NCBI GenBank assembly: GCA_043788745.1
Contig: JAYVTO010000310.1
Location: 1,168 to 65,167 of the forward strand
From: Acidobacteriaceae bacterium
GTDB taxonomy: Bacteria; Acidobacteriota; Terriglobia; Bryobacterales; Bryobacteraceae
Reading direction: 5' to 3'
DNA length: 64,000 nt
Below are positions 37,938-46,597 of this stretch, piece after piece (the stretch's first letter is position 1; each line of letters starts with the position of its first letter). Made by a program: the position numbers and the translations under genes. The notes beneath the pieces are model-generated. The model worked only from the letters and a program-made list of their open reading frames with translations, was not told the DNA's origin and did not search any database.

Positions 37938-39266
37938 TCAACGTACTAAATGAAACTGCGTCTGCCGCCGCAGAATCCAACTCATTCTTCCCTGCTCATC
38001 GAGCATCGCGTCCTCTTCCTGCCCGATGAACACTTCGCGCCCACCCCACTCCGGCACCGGAGTCCGGACTGACAACTCGATCGAGAACCACGACCCCGGA
38101 ATCAGGGTCGTGTCGCCGCGTCCCGGAACGCCTTCCTGCCGATCCCACAAACCAATCAGCGGACCCGCCCCATGCCCGTGATCGCCAATCGGATGCGTGT
38201 ACACCGAGCCCTTGATTCCCTCCGCACGCATGGCGGCGAGCGTATCCGCCAGCACCTGATTCCCGCTGCGCCCCGGCTTCATCCGCTCGAGCAGCAAGTC
38301 CTGTAAGCGGTTCGATTGCGCCAACGCCTTCTTCAAACCCGCCGGAGGCTCCGTCTCGCCTTCGCGCAACACGTAACCCATGTGCTGCGTATCCGTGCTC
38401 AGCCGCAGCCCGACGATCCCGAAGTCGACGTGCAATGCATCGCCGCGTTCAATCACCACGGCGTCGTCTTCGGAGAGCATGTTGACGTCCGCCTTCGTCG
38501 CCTTCTCGACGCGCACGCTCGGATGGAACCAGGTGCCGAGACCACGATCCGCCACCTGCTGCCGCAACCACCACACCACATCCTGATTAGTCGTCTTGCC
38601 CGGCTTGACGACTTCATTCGAAAAGGCCCGCGCGATGAGCGCATGCACAATCTCGGTCATTTGCTTATAAATCGGCAGCATCTCCGGTATCCGCGTCTCG
38701 ATATACTCGAGCGCCAGATTCTCCGCGCGCACCAGCCGCTTCTGATGTTCGGGTCCGAGCGTGGTCTCGAGCTTGTCGCGCTCCGCCGCCGAAAGCCCGT
38801 CGGAGAAGGCGTGATTGGCCGAAACGTTGATCGCGATCGTGGCCGGCCGCCGCTGATCGACAAGCTTCCGCAACAGGGCCCATTGCCCCTCGCCGTAGAT
38901 CTCGCGGCCTTCGACCTCCGGATCGCGATACACGGTATACAGCCCGCCATTCGAACCTCCGCCCAGCGCCAGACGCTCCACGCCCTTCCCTTCGCCGCGA
39001 TCGTGGAAGACGAGAATCGTGCGCCGTCGTGCGGCAAACACGGTTGGCGAGACCAACGACAAGAACGCTGGATCCTCGTTGTACTCGCGGCAGATCACCA
39101 GCCACATCTCGATGCCGTGCTTCCGCATCAGCTTCGGCAGCACGCGCTCCAACCGCATCTTCAACCACTCTTGTTGGATCGCCGCCTGCTCGCGCACCGG
39201 CGGCAGTTTCGGTTCGGCGGCGAAAGCCGCGCTGGCAAGCGCAATCGACAGCAACAAAGTCCGCAT
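37938..39266 (-). CDS. M24-family metallopeptidase (Xaa-Pro aminopeptidase-like), secreted
   Basis: ORF trimmed to ATG 39266 (MRTLLLSIALASAAFAAEP signal peptide). Pita-bread motifs GDALHVDFG, HPIGDHGHGAGP, WFSIEL. Confidence 0.85.
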   Translation of the reverse strand: MRTLLLSIALASAAFAAEPKLPPVREQAAIQQEWLKMRLERVLPKLMRKHGIEMWLVICREYNEDPAFLSLVSPTVFAARRRTILVFHDRGEGKGVERLALGGGSNGGLYTVYRDPEVEGREIYGEGQWALLRKLVDQRRPATIAINVSANHAFSDGLSAAERDKLETTLGPEHQKRLVRAENLALEYIETRIPEMLPIYKQMTEIVHALIARAFSNEVVKPGKTTNQDVVWWLRQQVADRGLGTWFHPSVRVEKATKADVNMLSEDDAVVIERGDALHVDFGIVGLRLSTDTQHMGYVLREGETEPPAGLKKALAQSNRLQDLLLERMKPGRSGNQVLADTLAAMRAEGIKGSVYTHPIGDHGHGAGPLIGLWDRQEGVPGRGDTTLIPGSWFSIELSVRTPVPEWGGREVFIGQEEDAMLDEQGRMSWILRRQTQFHLVR

Positions 39267-39361
39267 ATTCCGGCATTTTCGCACGCCCGGTTCCCGCTCC
39301 GCCGCAATCGTAGCTGAGCGCCCCCCCCGACACGAAGAACCGCGAACGTGAGTGAGCGGGC

Positions 39362-39393
39362 CCCCGAGGCGCGACCGTAAGGTGGCGCGTACT
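39362..39393 (+). repeat. REP-like family-1 element preceded by the AGAACCGCGAACG-GTGAGCGG module
   Basis: GAAGAACCGCGAACGTGAGTGAGCGGGCCCCCGAGGCGCGACCGTAAGGTGGCGCGTACT (39335-39393). Confidence 0.8.
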
Positions 39394-39468
39394 AAATTCT
39401 GCACGGAACCTCCCCCAACAACTCCGCCGGAGCACCGAGAGTGCGATTCCTCTCAATCAATATCAGAA

Positions 39469-39690
39469 ATGGAGCAAGATATGGCGCACTTTAATTCGAA
39501 ACGAGAGAAGCGTTCGCGAGCGGAAATCAATCGCGCCAACGCCCAGCACTCCGCCGGACCGCGTCGCGATTCAACGCGCACACGCACGGCCTGTGCGCCC
39601 TGACGCTCATCCTGCCCGAATCGGACCAGGACAGCGCCCGCTCGTTGAATGGACGCTCTTGCTCCGCGCTCGCCCATGCTACAATTTGGG
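39469..39690 (+). pseudogene. Decayed small ORF (frameshifted, 3' end overrun by the S8 peptidase gene)
   Basis: Frame a: MEQDMAHFNSKREKRSRAEINRANAQHSAGP. The continuation ...ASRFNAHTHGLCALTLILPESDQDSARSL is in another frame. From memory, both halves resemble a conserved hypothetical family (NRANAQ-STGP ... NA-KHGL ... LP-ED). Confidence 0.3.
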
Positions 39691-39696
39691 TCTAAT

Positions 39697-41715
39697 ATGC
39701 ATCCTCTGTTTCGATTCTGTATTGTGAGCCTCCTGGCGTTGACCGGGCTTTTGGCTCAGAGCGATTACACCTTTTCCGATGGCGGCCGGAAGTCCGCCTA
39801 CGTGTTGTCGCAAGATGAAGTGTTTAGCAGCACGGCCGCTGTGAATTCCGCACGCGGCGTTTCCTCCTGGGGCGGCGGCAAGCTTTTCCAGCTCGATTCG
39901 CCCCGAGCGGTAAACAAGCTACGCGCGGCCCGATCGAACCGGAGCGGCATTATTCCGGTCTTCTACGACAAGTCTAACCTGCCCTCGGCGGAGATACTCG
40001 CCGCCTTGACCCCCGCCGAACGGGCCAAGCGCAAGGACGGCGCTCGCCGTCTGATGACGGCAAAACTGCTGGTCCATATGGATGCGGCCCGTTACAACGA
40101 ACTCGCTGCCACCCAGCCCACTGCCGCCGAGGCGAGCCTGCTCAAAGGCTGGATGTTGGTGGCGTATCCGGACGCCTTCGCCGCACTGGATGCGGTTGAT
40201 TGGATGCTGAAGCAAGGCGGATGGGAGTTCACTCCCGTGTTCGCTCGCGAAGCGTTCGTGCGCCAAGCATTGAAGCGCGAGGTAAGCGATCCGCTCTACC
40301 CCAAGCAATGGCATCTCGACGACAAATCCCCCTTCAACATCGGCATGAAGAATGCCTGGGATCAGGTTACGGGGAAGGGAATTAACATGGCCATCGTCGA
40401 CGACGCCCTCGAAATCAAGCACGAGGATTTTACGAACGCCTACCCGCTCGAAACGAACTATCACCGCAATTTCAAGGCAGACGGCGCGCCCAACGACCCT
40501 TCGCCGATGACCGCGAAGGAGAATCATGGCACCTATTGTGGCGGGCTGGCCGCCGCGGCCGGTTTCAACAATACCGGCGTTACGGGCGTAGCTCCGGAAG
40601 TCCGGGTGATGGGCCTGCGTTTTGTGGGCGGCGTGGTTTCCGAGGAAGCGGCAGGGCTGGCCCTGGCGTGGCAGCCGGAAGGCATCATCACCCACGTCTC
40701 CAGCAATAGTTGGGGTCCGTCCGATGACGGCAAAGACGACGGCCGCGTGAGTGCCCTGCATTTGGCGGGTATCGAGAAAGGCGCGACAACCAACCGCGAC
40801 GGCTTAGGCACCGTTTACTCCATCTCTTGTGGCAACGGTCGCGATGACGGCGACGATGCGAGCTACGACGCCGCCTCCGGCAGCCGTTTTGGCATCGCCG
40901 TGGCCGCGGTGGGACGCGATGGAAAGCAGAGTTCCTACTCCGAAAGTGGTATTTCGGTGGCCATCGCCGCGTTTGGCGGCGAGTTCCAACCGCCGACGGT
41001 GTTGTGGAGCACCAACGTTTCTGGTGAGGAGGCTTTCAAGAACAAGGCCGCGAGCTTTCCGACTACCGAAGCGCCGATCAACTACACCGACGCGGGGAAC
41101 GGCACCTCCGCCGCGGCGCCCCAGGTGTCTGGAGCAGTGGCGTTGCTTCTCGAGAAGAATCCCAAGCTCAACTATCGCGACGTCAAGGAGATCCTGATGA
41201 AGTCCGCGAGCCGGGAAGGGCTGCAAGGCACGGACAAGTTTGTGGTCAATAAGGGCGGTTTCTTCTTTAGCAACGCCTTCGGTGCCGGCCTTCTTAACGT
41301 GGCTGCGGCTTTGGAACTTGCCACGGACTGGAAGGTCGCTGGTCCCCTGGTGAACGCGGAAGTGTCCGGCACCGGCGAGGCCATCCCCGATGACGGGAAA
41401 CTCGTAGAGGTTTCTTTCGCCCTGCCGGATGCCAAAATCCGCGTGGAGCATGTCGAAGTGACTGTCACAGTGAAGCATGCCAAGCGGGGCGATTTGTCCT
41501 TCGGAATCATGTCCCCGAGTGGATATCTCGCTGTCGCGGCCAACCGGCCGAAGGACGACAACGCAGACTTCACCGACTATATTTTCACCACTCCGCACTT
41601 CTGGGGCGAATCGGCGGCTGGAACTTGGAAGCTCATAGTATCCGATCTACGCGCCAATGGAACGGCAGGTTCCTTGGGAGCGGTGAAGCTCAAGGTTTAC
41701 GGTACTGCTGAGTAA
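39697..41715 (+). CDS. S8 subtilisin/kexin-like serine peptidase with C-terminal P (proprotein-convertase) domain, secreted
   Basis: Signal peptide MHPLFRFCIVSLLALTGLLAQ. Triad contexts MAIVDDALE, HGTYCGGLAAA, GNGTSAAAPQVSGAVALLLE. C-terminal GDLSFGIMSPSG...AAGTWKLIVSD resembles a P-domain. Confidence 0.9.
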   Translation: MHPLFRFCIVSLLALTGLLAQSDYTFSDGGRKSAYVLSQDEVFSSTAAVNSARGVSSWGGGKLFQLDSPRAVNKLRAARSNRSGIIPVFYDKSNLPSAEILAALTPAERAKRKDGARRLMTAKLLVHMDAARYNELAATQPTAAEASLLKGWMLVAYPDAFAALDAVDWMLKQGGWEFTPVFAREAFVRQALKREVSDPLYPKQWHLDDKSPFNIGMKNAWDQVTGKGINMAIVDDALEIKHEDFTNAYPLETNYHRNFKADGAPNDPSPMTAKENHGTYCGGLAAAAGFNNTGVTGVAPEVRVMGLRFVGGVVSEEAAGLALAWQPEGIITHVSSNSWGPSDDGKDDGRVSALHLAGIEKGATTNRDGLGTVYSISCGNGRDDGDDASYDAASGSRFGIAVAAVGRDGKQSSYSESGISVAIAAFGGEFQPPTVLWSTNVSGEEAFKNKAASFPTTEAPINYTDAGNGTSAAAPQVSGAVALLLEKNPKLNYRDVKEILMKSASREGLQGTDKFVVNKGGFFFSNAFGAGLLNVAAALELATDWKVAGPLVNAEVSGTGEAIPDDGKLVEVSFALPDAKIRVEHVEVTVTVKHAKRGDLSFGIMSPSGYLAVAANRPKDDNADFTDYIFTTPHFWGESAAGTWKLIVSDLRANGTAGSLGAVKLKVYGTAE

Positions 41716-41843
41716 GCAGCGCTGGAGTCCATAAACAGAGCGGAGGCCGCGGGGAGAATATCCCTCGCTGCCTCCTCCTGTTTGTTGCCACAGGGGAAAT
41801 TGATGCCTGGAAATCCTGGAGAGATTCCCTCTACCAACGTATC

Positions 41844-42398
41844 TCAAAAAAAGCGCGGCTGAATCAGACCGTCCTTCAAGCCAGCCCGCGACAACTCGAT
41901 GATCTGGTCGATGGCAGTCGGGATCGCGTTTAGCCGCGCGATGTAGTTCCGGTAGTCTTCGACCGTCGCAAACGGAGCAACCGTCGAAAGCTGGGGGAAG
42001 ATCAGATGCGCTCCATGCAACTGGTCGAGCGGCATCTCGTAGTTCTTGAGCCGGACGGACTCCAGTTGATCGCTCAGCGTCTGCGTCAACAACGGATGAT
42101 CGAGCAGATCGGCGGCAGGCAGACCCGCCGGGTCAATCGCCTTCACGCGATCAAGCAATGCCGCGGCATCTTTCCGCGAAGCCTCGACGTGTGCGAGCGA
42201 GAAATCGGACAACTTGCCGTTGTACTTGTTCTCGCCGAGCGAGGTCGCCGACTCCGGGCTCTCGCGGAGGAAGAAGGCCCAATAGTCGTCGGCAATGGCG
42301 CGCAGACTCTTCTGCCGCGCCAAAACATCAGGTTTCGGCGCGGAACAAGTGGCCAGCACGATCGCCGTGCAGGCCAACAGCAGTTTCGATTTCGTCAT
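41844..42398 (-). pseudogene. DUF885-family lipoprotein gene, 3'-truncated (N-terminal about 184 aa only)
   Basis: Lipobox LATCS plus ADDYWAFFLRESPESATSLGENKYNGKLSDFS... is a DUF885 N-terminus. Family members are about 3 times longer (from memory). The ORF stops at PRFF* in a T7 run, and no frame downstream continues the family. Confidence 0.65.
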
Positions 42399-42449
42399 CT
42401 AGAAAGGATTTTCGCACGGCGGGCCGACGCGAGCAGTCATGCAAGGGGC

Positions 42450-43481
42450 CTAAATCCCGGGCCGCTGCACTTCTTTTGGCGCACGCTGCCGGTCATGTCC
42501 TTCGAGCTTGAACTTCCATTCGAGCGGAATGGATTCGGGAACGTAGCAGACCTTGTCGTCGCAGGCCTGATAGCGCAGAGTGCCCTTTACGGTGAACTCG
42601 CCTTCGGCCGACAACAACGGCTTCAACTTCGCGTCGGGCACGATTGTGATGTCGCGTGTGAGCCGGAGCGAACTGTCGTAAACCAGCGCGGTCTCTTTGA
42701 TCGCCTTGAGCCGCAGCGTCTTCGATTTCGGATAGACCACGGGCTGCGCGATAACGGCCGGATCGTCCAGCTTAAAGTCGATTGCGATATAACCCTCGAC
42801 ACCAGGCGCGTAGACGTGCATCTTCTTCTTTAGCTCTATGTCGAGAACCAGCGGAAAGCGCTGTCCACTGCGGACCACGGTCTCACCCGCCGAGGACGAC
42901 AGCCGCAGATGCTTGGTCTCCTTCGTCGTATGCGCGACGCCAGGCATCACGTTCATCTCTTTAAGAAGGATGTCAGAGGTCGTGTAACGTTTTGTGTAGT
43001 CTTCTTCGAAGTACTTCGCCGTCACCACGCCCTCGGCGTCGACGAGGAATGTACCGGGAAGCGGAATTCCGAAGAACAAGCCCTTCGGGGCTTGCTCATT
43101 CAAAATCCCGAAGGCGCGGATAATCTTCGAATCCGGATCGGACAACAGCGGATAGCCGACCTTCTTGCGCTCCGCGAAATTCTTCAGGGTGCCGACAGTG
43201 TCATAGCTGATCGCCACCAGCCCTATGCCCTGTTCGGCCAACTTCTGGCGGTTGTTTTCCAGCTCCACGAGCTGGGTTTTGCAGTACGGTCACCAATCGG
43301 CCGACCGGAAGAACACGACCATCGTACCTTTCGGACCGGCGACGCTCGCAAGCGTCCGTTCGACGCCATGCTGATCCGGGGCAGAAAACGCCGGAATGGG
43401 AGAACCGACCGCAGGTCCGGGCTGGGCGTACTGTACTGTAGCGGTCACGGCGGCTAACACGAACGAGGAGAATATGCGCAT
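42450..43481 (-). CDS. Secreted redoxin/AhpC-TSA-like thioredoxin-fold domain fused to a DsbD-N-terminal-like domain; in-frame TGA (43290-43292) as candidate selenocysteine
   Basis: ORFs 43290..43481 and 42450..43268 are in the same frame. Joined they read ...GTMVVFFRSADW-[TGA]-PYCKTQLVELENNRQKLAEQGIGLVAISYD..., so the TGA takes the place of the first Cys of W-C-P-x-C. Hairpin CCAGCUC-GUG-GAGCUGG lies 14 nt downstream (43259-43275). The C-terminal YQACDDKVCY is DsbD-alpha-like. Confidence 0.6.
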
Positions 43482-43976
43482 AGGATTGCTGTTGCGTGCT
43501 ATCCCAGTTAACCACAGTTCTATTCCTTAATTTCCTGGCAACTGCGGGCGGCTGGGCCGGGCTCAGGGCCGCGGAACGAAGCCAGGTCAATTTTGAGGAT
43601 TCCGCCCAACGGCATCTGCCGCGATTTAAGTCGCGCATTAATAAGGAGTTCCAGATCTGCTAGCATGAGATGGCAGATGTTTCGCATCTTCTGGTCCGAG
43701 CTAGGCGGATCGCTGTAAGTGAGGATCTTCTAAGGTTGCTTGCTATCGAAGTAGGGCGACCCTAGGTACGAAGTAAGTAAGATCTCCGCGCAGAAGCCTC
43801 GGGTTGACTGCATTGAGGAAAGTACTAGAACCCGGTACAATCGAGGCGTTGGATAGTGTGGAGGATCGATGGAACTCAGTGTGGCGGAAAAAGAGACGGA
43901 CACGATGGACCCTGTTGTAGACTTAGGCTCCAGCATCGACGAGCCCACCGGCAATCCGGTGGAAACGAGCAAGCGA

Positions 43977-44642
43977 ATGATTCGGATCGTAATTGCGGAT
44001 GATCACCCCATCGTTCGGGACGGGCTGAAGAAATTGCTCGCCCTCGAAGACGACTTCACCATCGTTGGCGAAGCCGCCGACGGACGCGAAGTGCTCGAAC
44101 GCGTGCAGGAACTCGATCCCGACGTGCTGCTGCTCGATCTGCGCATGCCGAATCTGGACGGGCTAAGCGCCCTGCAGGCGCTGCAAACGACCAACAAGCG
44201 CGTGAAGGTGATTATCCTCACGGCCTCCGAAGACAAAAACGAATTCGTGCAGGCGATGAAGCTCGGCTGCTCGGGCATCGTGCTGAAGCAGACAGCGCCG
44301 GACCTCATCGTAAAGAGTATCCGCAAGGTCCACTCCGGCGAGATCTGGCTGGATTCGCACACGACAGCAGCCGTCATGCGTCAATTCTCGACCAACGCCG
44401 ACGGCACCATGACGACCACCGGCAAAGGCGGGCGCGAACGCAATCCGCTGTCGGCCCGCGAACGCGAGATCGTCGCGCTGGTCGCTCAGGGCTACAAGAA
44501 CAAAGAGATGGCCGAGAAGATGTTCATCAGCGAGCAAACGGTGAAGAACCACCTGCATAACATCTTCGACAAACTGGGCGTCTCCGATCGCCTGGAACTG
44601 GCCCTTTATGCGATCCACAAGGGCCTGCACCTTCCCGGCTAA
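43977..44642 (+). CDS. NarL/LuxR-family response regulator
   Basis: Receiver domain IRIVIADDHPIVRDGL ... DVLLLDLRMPNLDG ... VIILTA. LuxR HTH LSAREREIVALVAQGYKNKEMAEKMFISEQTVKNHLHNIF. An upstream in-frame start at 43869 is possible. Confidence 0.9.
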   Translation: MIRIVIADDHPIVRDGLKKLLALEDDFTIVGEAADGREVLERVQELDPDVLLLDLRMPNLDGLSALQALQTTNKRVKVIILTASEDKNEFVQAMKLGCSGIVLKQTAPDLIVKSIRKVHSGEIWLDSHTTAAVMRQFSTNADGTMTTTGKGGRERNPLSAREREIVALVAQGYKNKEMAEKMFISEQTVKNHLHNIFDKLGVSDRLELALYAIHKGLHLPG

Positions 44643-44847
44643 TACCGTGACCACTGGATGTGTTTCATCGGATGGCTCGGGGTTCAGCCGCGTGCGACGG
44701 GCGAGGTTATAGCGGGCTCTGGAGGTATCTGGGCGAGACTCCCTTACAACCAGCAAGTGTTAAATCCGAATGCCGCAATTTTTGGTGCTTCGCGGCGTGA
44801 GCCCCTATTTTGCTCGGCCTTCGGCCTCGCGTCGTGCGCGCCTTCCC

Positions 44848-45125
44848 GTTTGATCTGCTCGCGGTTGAATCCGCTCCCGACGCGCGACCGTACGGTCGCG
44901 CCTCGACGCGGCCCTTCGGGCGGCTCTGGGTGCATTTCGCAATGAACATACCCGACGCATCCCCGCCCTTCAGGGCGGGGTTATAGCCACTCGTCGTTGC
45001 GCCTCATGCTGAGATCTCTAGTTGCTGCTGCTCGCATCTGGTTTCTGGCGGTCATGACGCGCACACGCGTCCGCTCACTTCCCGTAACGGGCAGGCTGTT
45101 CGCGGTTCTTTGCTGGGCAGCGGCC
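44848..45125. repeat. Repeat-module block, inverted counterpart of 35541-35612 and 35805-36030
   Basis: Colinear with the reverse complement of 35805-36030 (by eye about 75-80% identity). It carries an inverted family-1 REP at 44879-44905 and hairpin CCCCGCCC-TTCA-GGGCGGGG at 44961-44980. 45038-45125 also matches the reverse complement of 35541-35612. Confidence 0.8.
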
Positions 45126-45274
45126 GGAGGATGTTTCGACAGTTTCGTAAGCGCTCCGGCAGGTGTTGATTTGAGGCGAATGCTTTGCGTTGAACCAACT
45201 GGACCCAGGCGCTTAGGCGCCGGGCTGGATTCGTGATCTTCCGATCAAATGGAACTATTCAGGCGGTCGAAGGA

Positions 45275-46564
45275 CTAACGAATAAAGAACGTCCGCTTGT
45301 CGCTGTCGATGTTAATCGCGACGTCAAAGAAGCCGATCATCATCTCTTCCCAACTCTGCTCGCCCCAATGCACCTCGACCGTTGGATCCGGGTTGCGCGG
45401 GTTGTTCTTCGAGTTGTCGAACCACCCGATCCAGCGAAAGCGTGTGCCCTTCGTCAATGGAATCGGCGTGCGAAACCAGTAGGTGAGCTGCCAAGCGAAG
45501 TCATACGGCTTCACGCGAAGTAGTGTGTCGACGCGGCCTGTGGGTTCGACGATCGCGTACTCGAACGCACTGCCGCGCCTGTGCATGTGCGGGAACAAGC
45601 TGACGAGCAGCGCGTCGCCGGGCAATGTCCCGCTTACCGAGACGCGATGATTCGCTTCGCCGGGTGGAATCACAAAGTCGTCCCGACCCATCTGTAAAGT
45701 GATCAGTTGCAACTTCGGCCTCTCCTGCGCGACGACCAGCCCGATCTCCGTCTGATCGGTCGAATCGACATCGAGCGCCGTGTAATGCATCTGCAGAATG
45801 AGGTCCGATCCCGCCGGAATCTTCTTCGCCATGCCAGGCGGAAACACGGCGCTCGCAGATCCGGGAGTGTACACGGCGAGGATGTCCTCCTGTGTGGCGC
45901 GCGCCCGTTGCACCGCTTCGCGATCCGCGGCCGGCGGCGCATAGATGTCGCCGGACTTCGCCTCGCGAAGCCACGTCGATCCGGGCGGCCGCACGAAAAC
46001 CACCGCGTGATGCACTGTGCGGTGATTGCTCGGCCGCACCTCCACCTGCGTCACCCAACGGTCAAACGTAAAGTTCGAAGGGATCACGACGTACTGATAG
46101 TCGATCGTCTTCTTCGCTCGAATCGCGAAGGGTTTCGACATGCCGATGACAATGTCGGGTGACGTGTTCCAACCCTCAGTCCACCGGATGGGCTTGGGCG
46201 TTTCCTTCTTTAACCCCTCTGGCGCGCCGGCTTCCACCCAGGCGTCGATCGCGACCTTCTCATCCGCGGTCAGGCTGGGGTTGTTTAAGAAGCCGCCGTG
46301 CGCTGTGGCGGAGAAGGCCGCATCCATCGGCCACGGCGGCATCTTGTTGAGCTTCACGACTTCGCGAATCGATTTCGCCCACGGCCGCACTTGCGCATAG
46401 GTGACCAATGCCATGGGGCCAATTTGCCCGGGGCGATGGCAGTTCTGACATCGGCGTTGCAGGATCGGCAAGACATCCCGATTAAAGGACGGCACGTCCG
46501 CGGCGTGCGCAGGCACGGTCGCTAGAAAGACAATCCACGAAATCAGAACGAAGCAGCAGCGCAC
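45275..46564 (-). CDS. Secreted heme-c-motif protein with PHM/DBH-like copper type II monooxygenase domains
   Basis: The 756-aa ORF is trimmed to in-frame GTG 46564 (MRCCFVLISWIVFLATVPAHA signal peptide). CQNCH heme motif. Ligand-like pattern VHHAVVF, LQMHYT, FPHMHRRG, EEMMIGF. The upstream part of the ORF is antisense to the next gene. Confidence 0.7.
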   Translation of the reverse strand: MRCCFVLISWIVFLATVPAHAADVPSFNRDVLPILQRRCQNCHRPGQIGPMALVTYAQVRPWAKSIREVVKLNKMPPWPMDAAFSATAHGGFLNNPSLTADEKVAIDAWVEAGAPEGLKKETPKPIRWTEGWNTSPDIVIGMSKPFAIRAKKTIDYQYVVIPSNFTFDRWVTQVEVRPSNHRTVHHAVVFVRPPGSTWLREAKSGDIYAPPAADREAVQRARATQEDILAVYTPGSASAVFPPGMAKKIPAGSDLILQMHYTALDVDSTDQTEIGLVVAQERPKLQLITLQMGRDDFVIPPGEANHRVSVSGTLPGDALLVSLFPHMHRRGSAFEYAIVEPTGRVDTLLRVKPYDFAWQLTYWFRTPIPLTKGTRFRWIGWFDNSKNNPRNPDPTVEVHWGEQSWEEMMIGFFDVAINIDSDKRTFFIR

Positions 46565-46597
46565 AGGTCTCTTTGAAACGGAGTGTACCGCGTTCGC

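Noticed and set aside
38316-39317. 333-aa plus-strand ORF
   Set aside because: Antisense to the M24 peptidase gene, with no motifs.
43482-43868. Sigma-70 promoter TTGACT...TACAAT upstream of the response regulator
   Set aside because: The spacer between the two hexamers is about 26 nt, far from the 16-18 nt optimum. I cannot support a specific promoter call.
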